Part shown: piece by piece, positions 1-9,231 of the stretch
How positions within the stretch are numbered: position 1 is the first letter of the stretch
Layout of the letters: each line of letters opens with the position of its first letter
Assembly: GCA_965249275.1 (NCBI GenBank)
Contig: CBDFLQ010000007.1
Span: forward strand, 608,001-672,000
DNA: 64,000 bases
DNA from: Dehalococcoidia bacterium
Lineage (GTDB): Bacteria > Chloroflexota > Dehalococcoidia > Plut-88900
Direction: 5' to 3'
The notes under the pieces: model-generated
Databases searched by the model: none
Told to the model about the DNA's origin: nothing
The model's input: the letters and a program-made list of their open reading frames with translations, nothing else
Program-made: the position numbers and the translations under genes

Positions 1-669
1 CAGAGCTTCCTCCGCATCCGACCTCGCAACCCCGCCCCCGGCGAATATCATGGGTATGGATGAGCGAGCTATGACTCCTGCAGCCTCTTTCAGGTCATCC
101 GGGCTAGGCACGATGCGAGAGATACGAGCAGGGTCGCGCAGCTTGATGTCTTCCCGTTCCACGCCCGCTTCCGGCGGCATCTCGATCAAGACGGGGCGGG
201 GGCGACCCATACGCATCTGCCTGAATGCCTCGAAGACGGCATCCGGCACTTCCCGGGGCCTGCTCGCTTGCCGATGCCATTTGGTCACAGGGCGCACAGC
301 GTCGGCCTGATTTGATATCTCGTGAACCGCCCCAAGCCCTTTGCCTATAGCGCCGCGCGGGATCTGACCCGCTATCAGGAGCACAGGCGCCGCGCGGGAA
401 TACGCATTGGTCAGTCCGGATGCGGCGTTATAGAGTCCCGCCCCCGGCACCACCATAGCCACTCCCGGTTTCCCCGATGTGCGAGCGTAGCCGTCGGCCA
501 TATACGTCGTTGCCTGCTCATGCCGAGTGGTGATCATCCGGATGTCCGGTTCGTCTCGCAGCCCGGCGACAATCCCGTACATCTGTATGCCCGGGATTCC
601 GAATACAACCTCAACGCCTTCCTTAACCAGAGACTTGGCAAGGGCTTCACCCCCACTCATTTTGACCAT
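1..669 (-). CDS. Thiamine-diphosphate-dependent enzyme, acetolactate synthase-like (N-terminal 223 aa; runs off window edge)
   Basis: Hand translation from ATG at 669: MVKMSGGEALAKSLVKEGVEVVFGIPG...TTRHEQATTYMADGYARTSGKPGV...PGAGLYNA, the Pyr-domain RHEQ motif. Absent from the ORF track because it has no stop inside the window. Confidence 0.9.
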   Translation of the reverse strand, partial: MVKMSGGEALAKSLVKEGVEVVFGIPGIQMYGIVAGLRDEPDIRMITTRHEQATTYMADGYARTSGKPGVAMVVPGAGLYNAASGLTNAYSRAAPVLLIAGQIPRGAIGKGLGAVHEISNQADAVRPVTKWHRQASRPREVPDAVFEAFRQMRMGRPRPVLIEMPPEAGVEREDIKLRDPARISRIVPSPDDLKEAAGVIARSSIPMIFAGGGVARSDAEEAL

Positions 670-770
670 GATTCACCTACTCAATCCGGTTCTGGGTAAG
701 TTCTCGCCGGCAGGCCCTCTGGCCCCAGGCGGACAACAATAGCGTATTGAAGGTCTTTCGGGCCTGGGGG

Positions 771-1058
771 CTATAAACCTTCTACGACAACAATGTTGAT
801 GCTGGAAGACCTGGTTCGAATATCGTCGAGCGCAGTGTACTCGGGAGAGCTTAACCAAGCATTAGCCTGCTCGAAGCTGCCGAACTCGAGCAAGGCGATG
901 CGCTTGGGAGTCCAGTCGCCAGATATCACGTCCAGCGCGCCGCCCCTTGCAATGAACTTGCCGCCGTGCCCCGCGACGGTAGCAGCCACCTTCTCCAGAA
1001 ACTATCCGTAGAGGTTTGCATCCGTTATCTCTATATCTGTTATTACGTACGCTGACAT
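771..1058 (-). pseudogene. DUF1330-family protein interrupted by an in-frame TAG at codon 19
   Basis: ATG at 1058 with GAGG SD gives MSAYVITDIEITDANLYG*(TAG, 1002-1004)FLEKVAATVAGHGGKFIARGG...LEFGSFEQANAWLSSPEY...IVVVEGL. DUF1330-like on both sides of the stop. Confidence 0.8.
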
Positions 1059-1266
1059 GCTTTCCTCACGGTTATGGGTACGGAGCTCGTATAGATGGTG
1101 TCGCCGGCTCATCTTACCACGCTGATACATTACTCAATGAATATGGTCGACCTGTGAAGCAGTAATACAAGCTAGTTAATTGTTTGACCTATCCAACCAC
1201 TCCAACCCGGTGACTTGCTGGGAATGGCCAACTCCCTGCTTTTGCTCCCATGCTATCATTGCCCCC

Positions 1267-1674
1267 ATGATTACCAAGCTCGCCCACGTCTCCATCCTCG
1301 TCCCCGACCTCGACGAAGCGCTTGACTGGTACACCAATGTTCTCGGCTTGGAGAAGCGCGAGGACGACTCCTCAGTAGTAGCCGGATTCCGGTGGCTCAC
1401 CGTGGCGCCCAAGGGCCAGACCGACCCTGAAATCGTCCTCTTCCTCCCCGGTCCCTTCCAGGCCGAGGAGGACCGAAAGATTCTCCTGAGCCGCGTCGGA
1501 GAGGGCACCATGTGGATGTTCCACACCGACGACTGCGCCGCGGAGTATGAAAGACTCTCGGGGCTGGGCGTCAAGTTTCACCAGACTCCCGAGACCGTGC
1601 CCTGGGGAGTCCAGGCCGTCTTCGAAGACCTCTACGGCAACCAATTCGGGATCCTGGAGCCCGCCAACCTTTAA
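1267..1674 (+). CDS. VOC/glyoxalase-family protein
   Basis: MITKLAHVSILVPDLDEALDWYTNVLG...PWGVQAVFEDLYGNQFGILE. Start moved to ATG 1267, 7 nt after extended -10 TGcTATCAT. Confidence 0.9.
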   Translation: MITKLAHVSILVPDLDEALDWYTNVLGLEKREDDSSVVAGFRWLTVAPKGQTDPEIVLFLPGPFQAEEDRKILLSRVGEGTMWMFHTDDCAAEYERLSGLGVKFHQTPETVPWGVQAVFEDLYGNQFGILEPANL

Positions 1675-1720
1675 TCGCAATACCACGCACTCAAGAGCAA
1701 TATAGCAGGAGGAAACCCAA

Positions 1721-2650
1721 ATGGCCCGACCCACTCAGATGAGCATCCTCGTGCCCACCCACTTCCTCGGTGACCTACCCGCTCCCGCCGACTTCATCAA
1801 ATGGTTCCAGGCTGCAGAAGAGCTCGGATTCTCCTCGATCTGGATTCTCGACCGCATCTACAGCCCATCCAAAGTCCCCGACGCCATGACCATGCTCGCC
1901 TGGGCCAGCGCCGTCACTTCGAGGGTCAGGCTGGGCACTGCGGTCCTTCTCCTTCCCCATCGACACCCCATCCTCCTCGCCAAGGAAGTCTCCACCCTCG
2001 ACTACATCTCCGGCGGGCGCTTGGACCTAGGCATCGGCCTCGGAGGCCGGGAGATCGAGTTCCACTCCCTGGGCATGAAGCTTGAAGAGAGACTTAGGCG
2101 CTTCCGCGACAATCTCGCCGCCATGCGAGCCATCTGGTCAGGCCCCGACGCTGCCTTCGAGGGCCGGTTTGTGAACTTTAGCAACGTGAACATCGAGCCT
2201 CGGCCTGTTCAGAAGGAAAACCTGCCCATCTGGATCGGCGGCGAGGCTGAAGGCGTACTGAAGCGCACCGCGGAGCTCGCCGACGGCTGGATCGGCGGCG
2301 CCCGCAACACCCCCGAAATCCTCGCCGAGAAGATAGGCAAGATAAAGGCCTTCGCGAAGGACAGAGGCCGGGACCCCGACTCCCTTGGCTACGCCAGCCT
2401 CGAATACATGACTATTGATGAAGACGTGGAAAAGGCTCGTGCGCGGAACCGAGGCTTGGCGACGTCCGTCTACGGCCCTGCCTTCGACTCCGACACCTAC
2501 ACCACCTTCGGAGACTTGAACACATGCGTCGCCCGCCTCCAAACCGTGGTAGACGCCGGCTGCAACGAGGTCATCATCTCACCCCCCGACCTGGACATCG
2601 CCCACCTCACCCGCTTAGCAAAGGAAGTCGTTCCTGCGGTCAAGGTGTAA
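1721..2650 (+). CDS. LLM-class flavin/F420-dependent oxidoreductase
   Basis: VTSRVRLGTAVLLLPHRHPILLAKEVSTLDYISGGRLDLGIGLG and PIWIGG motifs; AGGAGG SD. Confidence 0.9.
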   Translation: MARPTQMSILVPTHFLGDLPAPADFIKWFQAAEELGFSSIWILDRIYSPSKVPDAMTMLAWASAVTSRVRLGTAVLLLPHRHPILLAKEVSTLDYISGGRLDLGIGLGGREIEFHSLGMKLEERLRRFRDNLAAMRAIWSGPDAAFEGRFVNFSNVNIEPRPVQKENLPIWIGGEAEGVLKRTAELADGWIGGARNTPEILAEKIGKIKAFAKDRGRDPDSLGYASLEYMTIDEDVEKARARNRGLATSVYGPAFDSDTYTTFGDLNTCVARLQTVVDAGCNEVIISPPDLDIAHLTRLAKEVVPAVKV

Positions 2651-2684
2651 ATCCCCCGAGCCGGTATGATTGGGCCCACACGTT

Positions 2685-3125
2685 TTGAAGATATACACCA
2701 TAGGTTTCACCAAGATTGCCGCATCCGGGTTCTTTAATCTTCTGCGGAAGTCAGGGGCCAAACGTCTGGTTGACGTTCGGCTCAACAACGTCTCACAGCT
2801 GGCCGGTTTCGCCAAGAAGAATGACTTGGAATATTTCCTGAACAATATCTGCGACATGGACTACGTCCATCTCCCCGCACTCGCCCCGACCAAGGAAATG
2901 TTGGACGGCTACAGGAATCAGCACCATGACTGGGCCCGCTACGAGCGTGAGTTCCTAGCCCTGATGCAGGAGCGGCGCATTGAGAAGACGATCCCGAAAA
3001 GGACCATAGCCGACGCCTGCCTCCTCTGCAGCGAGGACAAGCCCGACCAATGTCACCGCCGCCTGGTCGCCGAATATCTCAATCGGCACTGGGGTAACCT
3101 CGAAATCGTACATCTTGGCCAATAG
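2685..3125 (+). CDS. DUF488 domain-containing protein
   Basis: KIYTIGFTK...LVDVRLNNVSQLAGFAK...CLLCSEDKPDQCHRRLVAE; probable TTG start at 2685. Confidence 0.85.
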   Translation: MKIYTIGFTKIAASGFFNLLRKSGAKRLVDVRLNNVSQLAGFAKKNDLEYFLNNICDMDYVHLPALAPTKEMLDGYRNQHHDWARYEREFLALMQERRIEKTIPKRTIADACLLCSEDKPDQCHRRLVAEYLNRHWGNLEIVHLGQ

Positions 3126-3144
3126 ACTAGCCCAACTCAATAAT

Positions 3145-3185
3145 AAAAAGGAGCGGCCCCGACAATGTCGTGGCCGCTCCTTTTT
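3145..3185. terminator. Bidirectional intrinsic terminator
   Basis: AAAAAGGAGCGGCC...GGCCGCTCCTTTTT inverted repeat with A/T tails between convergent genes. Confidence 0.9.
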
Positions 3186-3204
3186 GAGTCTATTTTCTAA
3201 CGGT

Positions 3205-4854
3205 CTAGTGATCGTAGGGCTGGAAGTTCTGGGTCGTCGAGGCGGCCCAGCGGTCCGTGATCACGTTGACAATGGCCGGCTTGCCGGAGTCGAAGGCCCG
3301 CTGCAGAGCAGGTTTCAGTTCTTCCGGCTTAGTGACGTATTCGCCGTGAGCGCCGAGGGCCTCGCCCAGCTTGTCGTATCGCTGTTCAAACCCGAGCTCA
3401 ATGCCCGTCTTAAGCACGTCGTCGCCCTTTCGACCCGAGGCCCAACCGCCGTTCACGTTCACCACGCACACCAGCGGGATGTTGTGTCTCACCGCCGTGT
3501 CTATGTTGATGGCGTTGATCCCGAAGGAGCCGTCACCGTGGATCACCAGCGTCTTCTTGTCCGGCTTGGCCAGTGCCGACGCCAGCCCGAACGGAAGCCC
3601 GACGCCCATGCAACCCGATGCGCCGGAATTGATCCTGTGTCCCGGGTAGTATGTAGGAATAGTCTGCCTACCGAAATTCAGGGTCTCGTGACCGTCGACT
3701 ACCAGCATGGCGTCCCGAGGCAGAAACTCCCTGATTTCCTTCATCATCCTCAGCGGGTGCATCGGCATCTGGTCAGAGTTCAGGATCGGCTGGCTGCGCT
3801 CGTTGTTCGCCGCATCCTTCGCCTGGAGACGGGAGATCCAGTCGGAGTCCTTCTTGTTGGCGAAGTTCTGCTCTTTGGCCTCCTCGGTGAGCTGCCGGAG
3901 CACCATCTTGGCATCCCCGACGATTCCCACTTCCGCCGCCTTGTTGTGCCCGATCTCTTCCCTGTCCGTGTTCACCTGGATAGTCTTCAGGTCCGCAGCA
4001 AACCGTGGGGCCTGCAGGTACTGCCATATCCAGTTGATCCTGGTGCCTACCACCAACGCGACGTCGGCTTCCCTGAACGCCATCGAGCGGGCGGCGGGGA
4101 AGGAGAGGTCGTTGTCTTCGGGGATCACGCCCCGGGACTGTGGTGTCGTGTAGAAGGGGATGCCTGTGGCTTCCACAAAGTCCTGTATCTCTTTCGAAGC
4201 CTTCGACCACATCACACCCGTTCCTGACAGGACCAAGGGCCTCTCGGCCTTCGACAGAAGCTCGATTGCTCGCTTAACTTCGTCCGGGTCACCGAGGATT
4301 CGGGCGTCGGTCCTGGAGTTGACCGGGAACTGTACGTTCGCCTCGTCCACCCGCTCGTGGAGCACGTCGCCGGGAAGGTCCAGGTACACGGGCCCCGGCC
4401 TGTTGCCCCAAGCCTTGCGGAACGCGAAGCTCACCAGCTCAGGCATTCTCTCTGCCTTGTTCACCTGTCCCGACCACTTGGTGATGGGCCGGAATATGCT
4501 CACCTGGTCGATCTCCTGGAAGTCCTCCCAGCCGGTCAGGCTGGAGTTGCTGGACCCGCCCAGTGCCACTATCGGGCAAGCGTCCGTGAATGCGGTGACC
4601 ACTCCGGTGACCAGGTTTGTGGCCCCCGGACCTGAGCAAGCTGCGCACACGCCCGTCTCTCCGGTTGCCCTGCTCCATGCGTGGGCCATCATCGCTGCGG
4701 CCTGCTCGTGCCGCGTGTCATATAGCTTGATACCCTCTTTCTCAGCGTCCAGATAGAAGTTATCCATCGGTCCGCCCGAAAGGAAGAAGAGGTGAGTTAC
4801 GCCTTCGTGCCTTAGTGACTTTGCCAGAAGCCTATTGCCTGTAATGTCGGCCAT
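3205..4854 (-). CDS. ThDP-dependent enzyme, 2-hydroxyacyl-CoA lyase / oxalyl-CoA decarboxylase-like
   Basis: TRHEQAAAMMA, SGPGATN, RPGPVYLDLPGD, GCMGVGLPFG and the GDGSFG...NG ThDP motif. Start ATG 4854 with AGGGAGG SD. Confidence 0.85.
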   Translation of the reverse strand: MADITGNRLLAKSLRHEGVTHLFFLSGGPMDNFYLDAEKEGIKLYDTRHEQAAAMMAHAWSRATGETGVCAACSGPGATNLVTGVVTAFTDACPIVALGGSSNSSLTGWEDFQEIDQVSIFRPITKWSGQVNKAERMPELVSFAFRKAWGNRPGPVYLDLPGDVLHERVDEANVQFPVNSRTDARILGDPDEVKRAIELLSKAERPLVLSGTGVMWSKASKEIQDFVEATGIPFYTTPQSRGVIPEDNDLSFPAARSMAFREADVALVVGTRINWIWQYLQAPRFAADLKTIQVNTDREEIGHNKAAEVGIVGDAKMVLRQLTEEAKEQNFANKKDSDWISRLQAKDAANNERSQPILNSDQMPMHPLRMMKEIREFLPRDAMLVVDGHETLNFGRQTIPTYYPGHRINSGASGCMGVGLPFGLASALAKPDKKTLVIHGDGSFGINAINIDTAVRHNIPLVCVVNVNGGWASGRKGDDVLKTGIELGFEQRYDKLGEALGAHGEYVTKPEELKPALQRAFDSGKPAIVNVITDRWAASTTQNFQPYDH

Positions 4855-4994
4855 TGTTTCCTCCCTGGAATATACTGCCCGGTCACCGAGGCGCCTTACA
4901 CCCGATGCCATTAACGTCGAAACTGAAGGGCCAGCGCAGCAAGCTGCCTTGAAGACGGTTGCTCGAAATCTGGCCCCCCGCAAAGGTCGGCTGA

Positions 4995-5023
4995 ATTATA
5001 GGCGCGACGATTACAAGCGTCAA
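4995..5023 (-). promoter_or_regulatory. Sigma-70 promoter for the HACL-like gene
   Basis: Minus strand TTGACG-17 bp-TATAAT. Confidence 0.75.
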
Positions 5024-5032
5024 CGCGAACGC

Positions 5033-5692
5033 TTATAGCTCTATCTCCCTCAAGTCCGCCGACACCTTGAGTGGGGCATCCGTTACTGACTGAATCTCCT
5101 CAACACTGAGCCCAGGCGCGTGCTCCGTCAACGTAAGCCCATCCTCTCCAACTTCGATCACAGCCATGTCCGTTATGATCATGTTCACGCACCGTACTGC
5201 CGTGAGCGGAGAGGTACACTGCCTCACGATTTTCGGGGTGCCCTTCTTATCCGTGTGCTCCATCGCCGCTATCACACGTTTTGCCCCTGCCACGATGTCC
5301 ATTGCACCGCCAATGCCGCCTATGAGCCGGCCGGGCCTCAGCCAGTTCGCCAGGTCTCCCTTTTCCGACACCTGCATCGCCCCAAGCACCGTGATGTCCA
5401 GGTATCCTCCCCTCACTATCGTGAACGCCTCTACAGTGTCGAATACACTCATCCCCGGCATAGCCGTCACGAAGCCCCCACCCGCGTTGGTCATGTGAAT
5501 GTCTTCTTCCCCATCCGGCGGCGACCCCCCAAACCCGACCGCACCGTTTTCCGTGTGGAACCACACACTCCGGCCCTCCGGTATGTAGTTCGCCGCCAGC
5601 GTCGGAATCCCGATACCCAGATTAACCACATCACCGTCCCGGAACTCCTTGGCCACTCTGAGAGCTATGGCCTCGCGGTCTAGTCTGAACAT
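5033..5692 (-). CDS. 3-oxoacid CoA-transferase subunit B (family I)
   Basis: VNLGIGIPT, catalytic HTENG, LGAMQVSEKGDLANW, GGAMD. Confidence 0.92.
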   Translation of the reverse strand: MFRLDREAIALRVAKEFRDGDVVNLGIGIPTLAANYIPEGRSVWFHTENGAVGFGGSPPDGEEDIHMTNAGGGFVTAMPGMSVFDTVEAFTIVRGGYLDITVLGAMQVSEKGDLANWLRPGRLIGGIGGAMDIVAGAKRVIAAMEHTDKKGTPKIVRQCTSPLTAVRCVNMIITDMAVIEVGEDGLTLTEHAPGLSVEEIQSVTDAPLKVSADLREIEL

Positions 5693-5696
5693 CCCC

Positions 5697-6443
5697 CTAC
5701 TTTCCCCTGAGGTCCCTGGGCCTGCGAACTATCCTGTCCACGTAGATTCCGGGTGTCACAATCCGATCGGGGTCCAGCTCACCTACTTCGACTATCTCGT
5801 CCACTTCGGCAATCGTGACCCGGGCAGCCGTCGCCGAGCTTACGTTGAAATGCCTCATATTGCCTCGGTAGACCAGGTTCCCTGTCTTGTCCGCCCTGTG
5901 CGCCCGGATCAGCGAGAAGTCTGCCTTGATGGCGTGTTCCAGGATGTATTGCACCCCGTCTATCGTCCTAGTCTCCTTACCTTCGGACACCACCGTCCCA
6001 ACACCCACCGGCGACCAGAACGCCGCAATGCCAGCGCCTCCGGCGCGGATCCGCTCCGCCAAGATCCCCTGCGGGTTCATCTCTATCTCTATTGTCCCCG
6101 CTTTCACTCCATCCTCCAGAGGGTTCGGCTGCGGCGCCCCCGGCGCTATTGGGTACGACACTATCGCCTTCGACACTTGTCCGTTCTCCACGAGTACACC
6201 AGGGTCTATCCGCAGCGCCTCCCGTTTAGCCCCGAACACCACCCCTATCCCCGCCGTGTTCCCTACAATGGTCAGGTCCCGCGCTCCGTGGTCCCTAAGT
6301 GCCCGCAGCAAGAGCATTGGCATCCCGCCAGGCCCACCAAAGTGCCCGATAATCACCATCGCCCCGTCGGGTATGTCGGCAACCGCCTCCGCAAATGTCA
6401 CGAAGACCTTGTCGGTTCGGGGCCTGCCCCGGAGCTTGGCCAT
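5697..6443 (-). CDS. 3-oxoacid CoA-transferase subunit A (family I)
   Basis: PQGILAERIRAGGAGI, ADKTGNLVYR, ELDPDRIVTPGIYVDR; start ATG 6443. Confidence 0.92.
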   Translation of the reverse strand: MAKLRGRPRTDKVFVTFAEAVADIPDGAMVIIGHFGGPGGMPMLLLRALRDHGARDLTIVGNTAGIGVVFGAKREALRIDPGVLVENGQVSKAIVSYPIAPGAPQPNPLEDGVKAGTIEIEMNPQGILAERIRAGGAGIAAFWSPVGVGTVVSEGKETRTIDGVQYILEHAIKADFSLIRAHRADKTGNLVYRGNMRHFNVSSATAARVTIAEVDEIVEVGELDPDRIVTPGIYVDRIVRRPRDLRGK

Positions 6444-6445
6444 GG

Positions 6446-7108
6446 TCAAATCTGGACCTCTTTCAACTTTTCGCTGACATTCAGTCGGGCCCCGGTCACT
6501 GACTGCACCTCCTCGGCGCTGTAGCCCGGAGCCGTTTCCAGCAACAAGAATCCTTCCTCCGTGACCTCCACCACCGCGAGGTCGGTTACCACCAGGTTTA
6601 CGCATCCCACACCGGTCAGGAGGTATTCGCACTTTTCCACCAGCTTAGGCTCACCGTCGCGGGTTGTGTGCTCCATGGCGACTATCAACTTCTTGGCTCC
6701 CGTCACCAGCTCCATCGCGCCGCCTATGTTCCCCGAGCCCCGACCCGGCAGTATCCAGTTCGCCAGGTCTCCCTTTTCCGACACCTGGAATGCGCCCAGC
6801 ACCGTTATGTCTACGTGCCCGCCCCTGATCATGTTGAAGGCATCGGCTGAACTGAAGAAGGAGATACCCGGAGTAGCGGTTATGAACTGAGTCCCGGCGT
6901 TGATCAGGTTCGGGTCTCGCTCATCCGGCCCTGCCAGCGGACCGTACCCTAACACCCCGTTCTCCGAATGAAGCCACACCTTCCGGCCTTCCGGCAGGAA
7001 GTTGGAGCACAGAGTCGGGATGCCCGCGCCAAGGTTCACGACATCCCCGTCCTTGAACTCCCGCGCCACACGGAGCGCAATGGTCGTCCTATCGAGCTTC
7101 TGTTTCAT
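6446..7108 (-). CDS. 3-oxoacid CoA-transferase subunit B (second copy)
   Basis: VNLGAGIPT, HSENG, LGAFQVSEKGDLANW; start ATG 7108 or TTG 7117. Confidence 0.92.
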   Translation of the reverse strand: MKQKLDRTTIALRVAREFKDGDVVNLGAGIPTLCSNFLPEGRKVWLHSENGVLGYGPLAGPDERDPNLINAGTQFITATPGISFFSSADAFNMIRGGHVDITVLGAFQVSEKGDLANWILPGRGSGNIGGAMELVTGAKKLIVAMEHTTRDGEPKLVEKCEYLLTGVGCVNLVVTDLAVVEVTEEGFLLLETAPGYSAEEVQSVTGARLNVSEKLKEVQI

Positions 7109-7109
7109 C

Positions 7110-7841
7110 TCAGCCAATCCTGACTCTCGACTCCGGCACGTGCACAACTCTTTGCACGTACACTCCGGGTGTCACTATCTCCTCAGGATCAAGCTCCCCG
7201 ATCTCCACCACCTCCTCCGCCTCCACGATTGTGATGCGCGCGGCCGCGGCCATTATCGGGTTGAAGTTACGGGAGGTGCCCTTGTACACTAGGTTTCCCA
7301 TCCGGTCTGCCTTATGAGCGTGTATAAAGGCAAAGTCCCCACGTAATGGCGACTCCAGGATGTACTCTTCGCCGTCGAACACCCGCTTCTCCTTGCCTTC
7401 CTCCACCACCGTCCCAACCCCGACCCGCGTGTAGAATCCCCCCAGCCCCGCCGCTGCAATCCTCATCCTCTCGGTCATCGTACCCTGCGGCAGCACCTCC
7501 ACCTCGGTCTTCCCTTCCTTCAACAGTGTCTCGAACGGTGAGGGGCTTGAAGGCGATGGCGACACCGGAAATGAAGATATCCCCTTCGCCACCTGACCGT
7601 TACTCACCAACACCGACACGTCGGCGAAGCCCCTCGGCCTGTCCACCTTCGGTGAAGGAGGTCCCACTCCCATGCTGTTGCTCACGATGGTCAGGTTCTT
7701 GGCGCCATGATCCCTCAGTGCCACAAGCAGGTGGCCCGGGTGTCCACCTATACTGCTGAATCCGCCAATCAGCACGGTAACGCCGTCCGGAATGTCGGAG
7801 ACTGCGGATTTGGTGTCTGAATATACTTTGTCGACAGGCAT
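7110..7841 (-). CDS. 3-oxoacid CoA-transferase subunit A (second copy)
   Basis: PQGTMTERMR, ADRMGNLVYKGTSRNFNP, ELDPEEIVTPGVYV. Confidence 0.92.
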   Translation of the reverse strand: MPVDKVYSDTKSAVSDIPDGVTVLIGGFSSIGGHPGHLLVALRDHGAKNLTIVSNSMGVGPPSPKVDRPRGFADVSVLVSNGQVAKGISSFPVSPSPSSPSPFETLLKEGKTEVEVLPQGTMTERMRIAAAGLGGFYTRVGVGTVVEEGKEKRVFDGEEYILESPLRGDFAFIHAHKADRMGNLVYKGTSRNFNPIMAAAARITIVEAEEVVEIGELDPEEIVTPGVYVQRVVHVPESRVRIG

Positions 7842-7985
7842 GGTGGCTCGCTAGTGAGAGATTTTAGCACGCCCAAACCACATCGTAACACCGATGTCCC
7901 GACACCTAATCAACCCGTTAATCCTGGGCCCGTCGAATAACAAACGGCCATATCAGACATGCCTGACTATATATCCACGCTCCCG

Positions 7986-8015
7986 TTGACATATCCCCCC
8001 ACCCCTCCCTACGAT
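7986..8015 (+). promoter_or_regulatory. Sigma-70 promoter
   Basis: TTGACA-18 bp-TACGAT upstream of the amidohydrolase at 8077. Confidence 0.6.
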
Positions 8016-8076
8016 TACATCCGTACCGATCACAAAACCCCAGCACAAACACTCTCAAATCCGAAGGATTCCGCCA

Positions 8077-9213
8077 ATGACCACCAAGATCATAGACGCC
8101 GACAGCCACATTCTCGAACCTCCCGACCTTTGGCTCCAATACCTCGAACCCGAGCTCCAGGAACGCGCCATGCGCATAAAGACCGACTCCCAGGGACTGG
8201 AATACCTGGAAGTCGACGGCAAACCCGCCTCAGGGGTTCGAGGGGGAATGCTCGCCAACATAGCAGGAGCGGGACGCACCGACCTGGAGCATTTCCTCAC
8301 CCCCGGAGCTGTTCCGTATGAAGAGGCCCGCGCCGATGCCCCAGCCTCAGGCGACCCCGACGAGCGGGTCAAATGGTTGGACTCAGAAGGCTCCGACATG
8401 ACGCTCCTGTACCCCTCCCTTGGGCTGGACTGGCCCCAGGACTGCCGAGACCCCATCCTGTCTGCTGCCTATACCAGGGCCTACAACAACTGGCTGATCG
8501 ACTTCTGTTCCGGCCATTCAGACCGCCTCCTCCCGGTCGCCCATGTTTCCCTGTTGGACGTGGAGGAAGGCGTAAAGGAGCTTGTCAGGACCGAGGCCAA
8601 GGGCATGAAGGGCGCATATCCGCCCGTCGTACCGTTCAACGGCATCCCCTACGGCGAACCGCACTATGACCGTTTCTGGGGCACAGCCGAAGACCTGGGT
8701 GTACCCATAAGTCTTCACGTCACCGGCAACGTCCACGGTGTCGGTGGCGACCTCTATCCCAAGGCATACACTGCTCCCTTCTGGTGGTTCCTGGTCACGG
8801 ACATGGGCGACGTTCTAATCGCTTTCACCAGCCTCTTCCAGGGCGGCTTATTTGAAAGATTCCCTGAGCTGAAGATCGCTGTAGTCGAGACCGGCTCGGG
8901 CTGGCTCCCCTACTGGCTCGACAGGATGGACGGCTTCTACGACAAGATAGGTTTCACCACGCCTCTCAAGATGCGCCCCTCCGAGTATTTCAAGCGTCAA
9001 TGCTGGATCGTCGTAGATCCTGATGAAAGGACGGCTGCTTACACCATCAATTTCGTCGGGGCTGACCGATTCATGTGGGGCTCCGACTACCCCCACACCG
9101 AGGGTGAGGCCGGGGCCCTGGACGAGCTGAAGGAAAACATCGCCTCCCTGCCGGAGGATACCCAGGCCCGTGTCTTGGGCGATAATGCCGCCGAGCTATA
9201 CGGCCTGTCCTAG
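8077..9213 (+). CDS. Amidohydrolase_2 family protein
   Basis: IIDADSH, SLHV, VETGSGW and WGSDYPH motifs. Confidence 0.9.
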   Translation: MTTKIIDADSHILEPPDLWLQYLEPELQERAMRIKTDSQGLEYLEVDGKPASGVRGGMLANIAGAGRTDLEHFLTPGAVPYEEARADAPASGDPDERVKWLDSEGSDMTLLYPSLGLDWPQDCRDPILSAAYTRAYNNWLIDFCSGHSDRLLPVAHVSLLDVEEGVKELVRTEAKGMKGAYPPVVPFNGIPYGEPHYDRFWGTAEDLGVPISLHVTGNVHGVGGDLYPKAYTAPFWWFLVTDMGDVLIAFTSLFQGGLFERFPELKIAVVETGSGWLPYWLDRMDGFYDKIGFTTPLKMRPSEYFKRQCWIVVDPDERTAAYTINFVGADRFMWGSDYPHTEGEAGALDELKENIASLPEDTQARVLGDNAAELYGLS

Positions 9214-9231
9214 CACGGGACTAACCGATCC

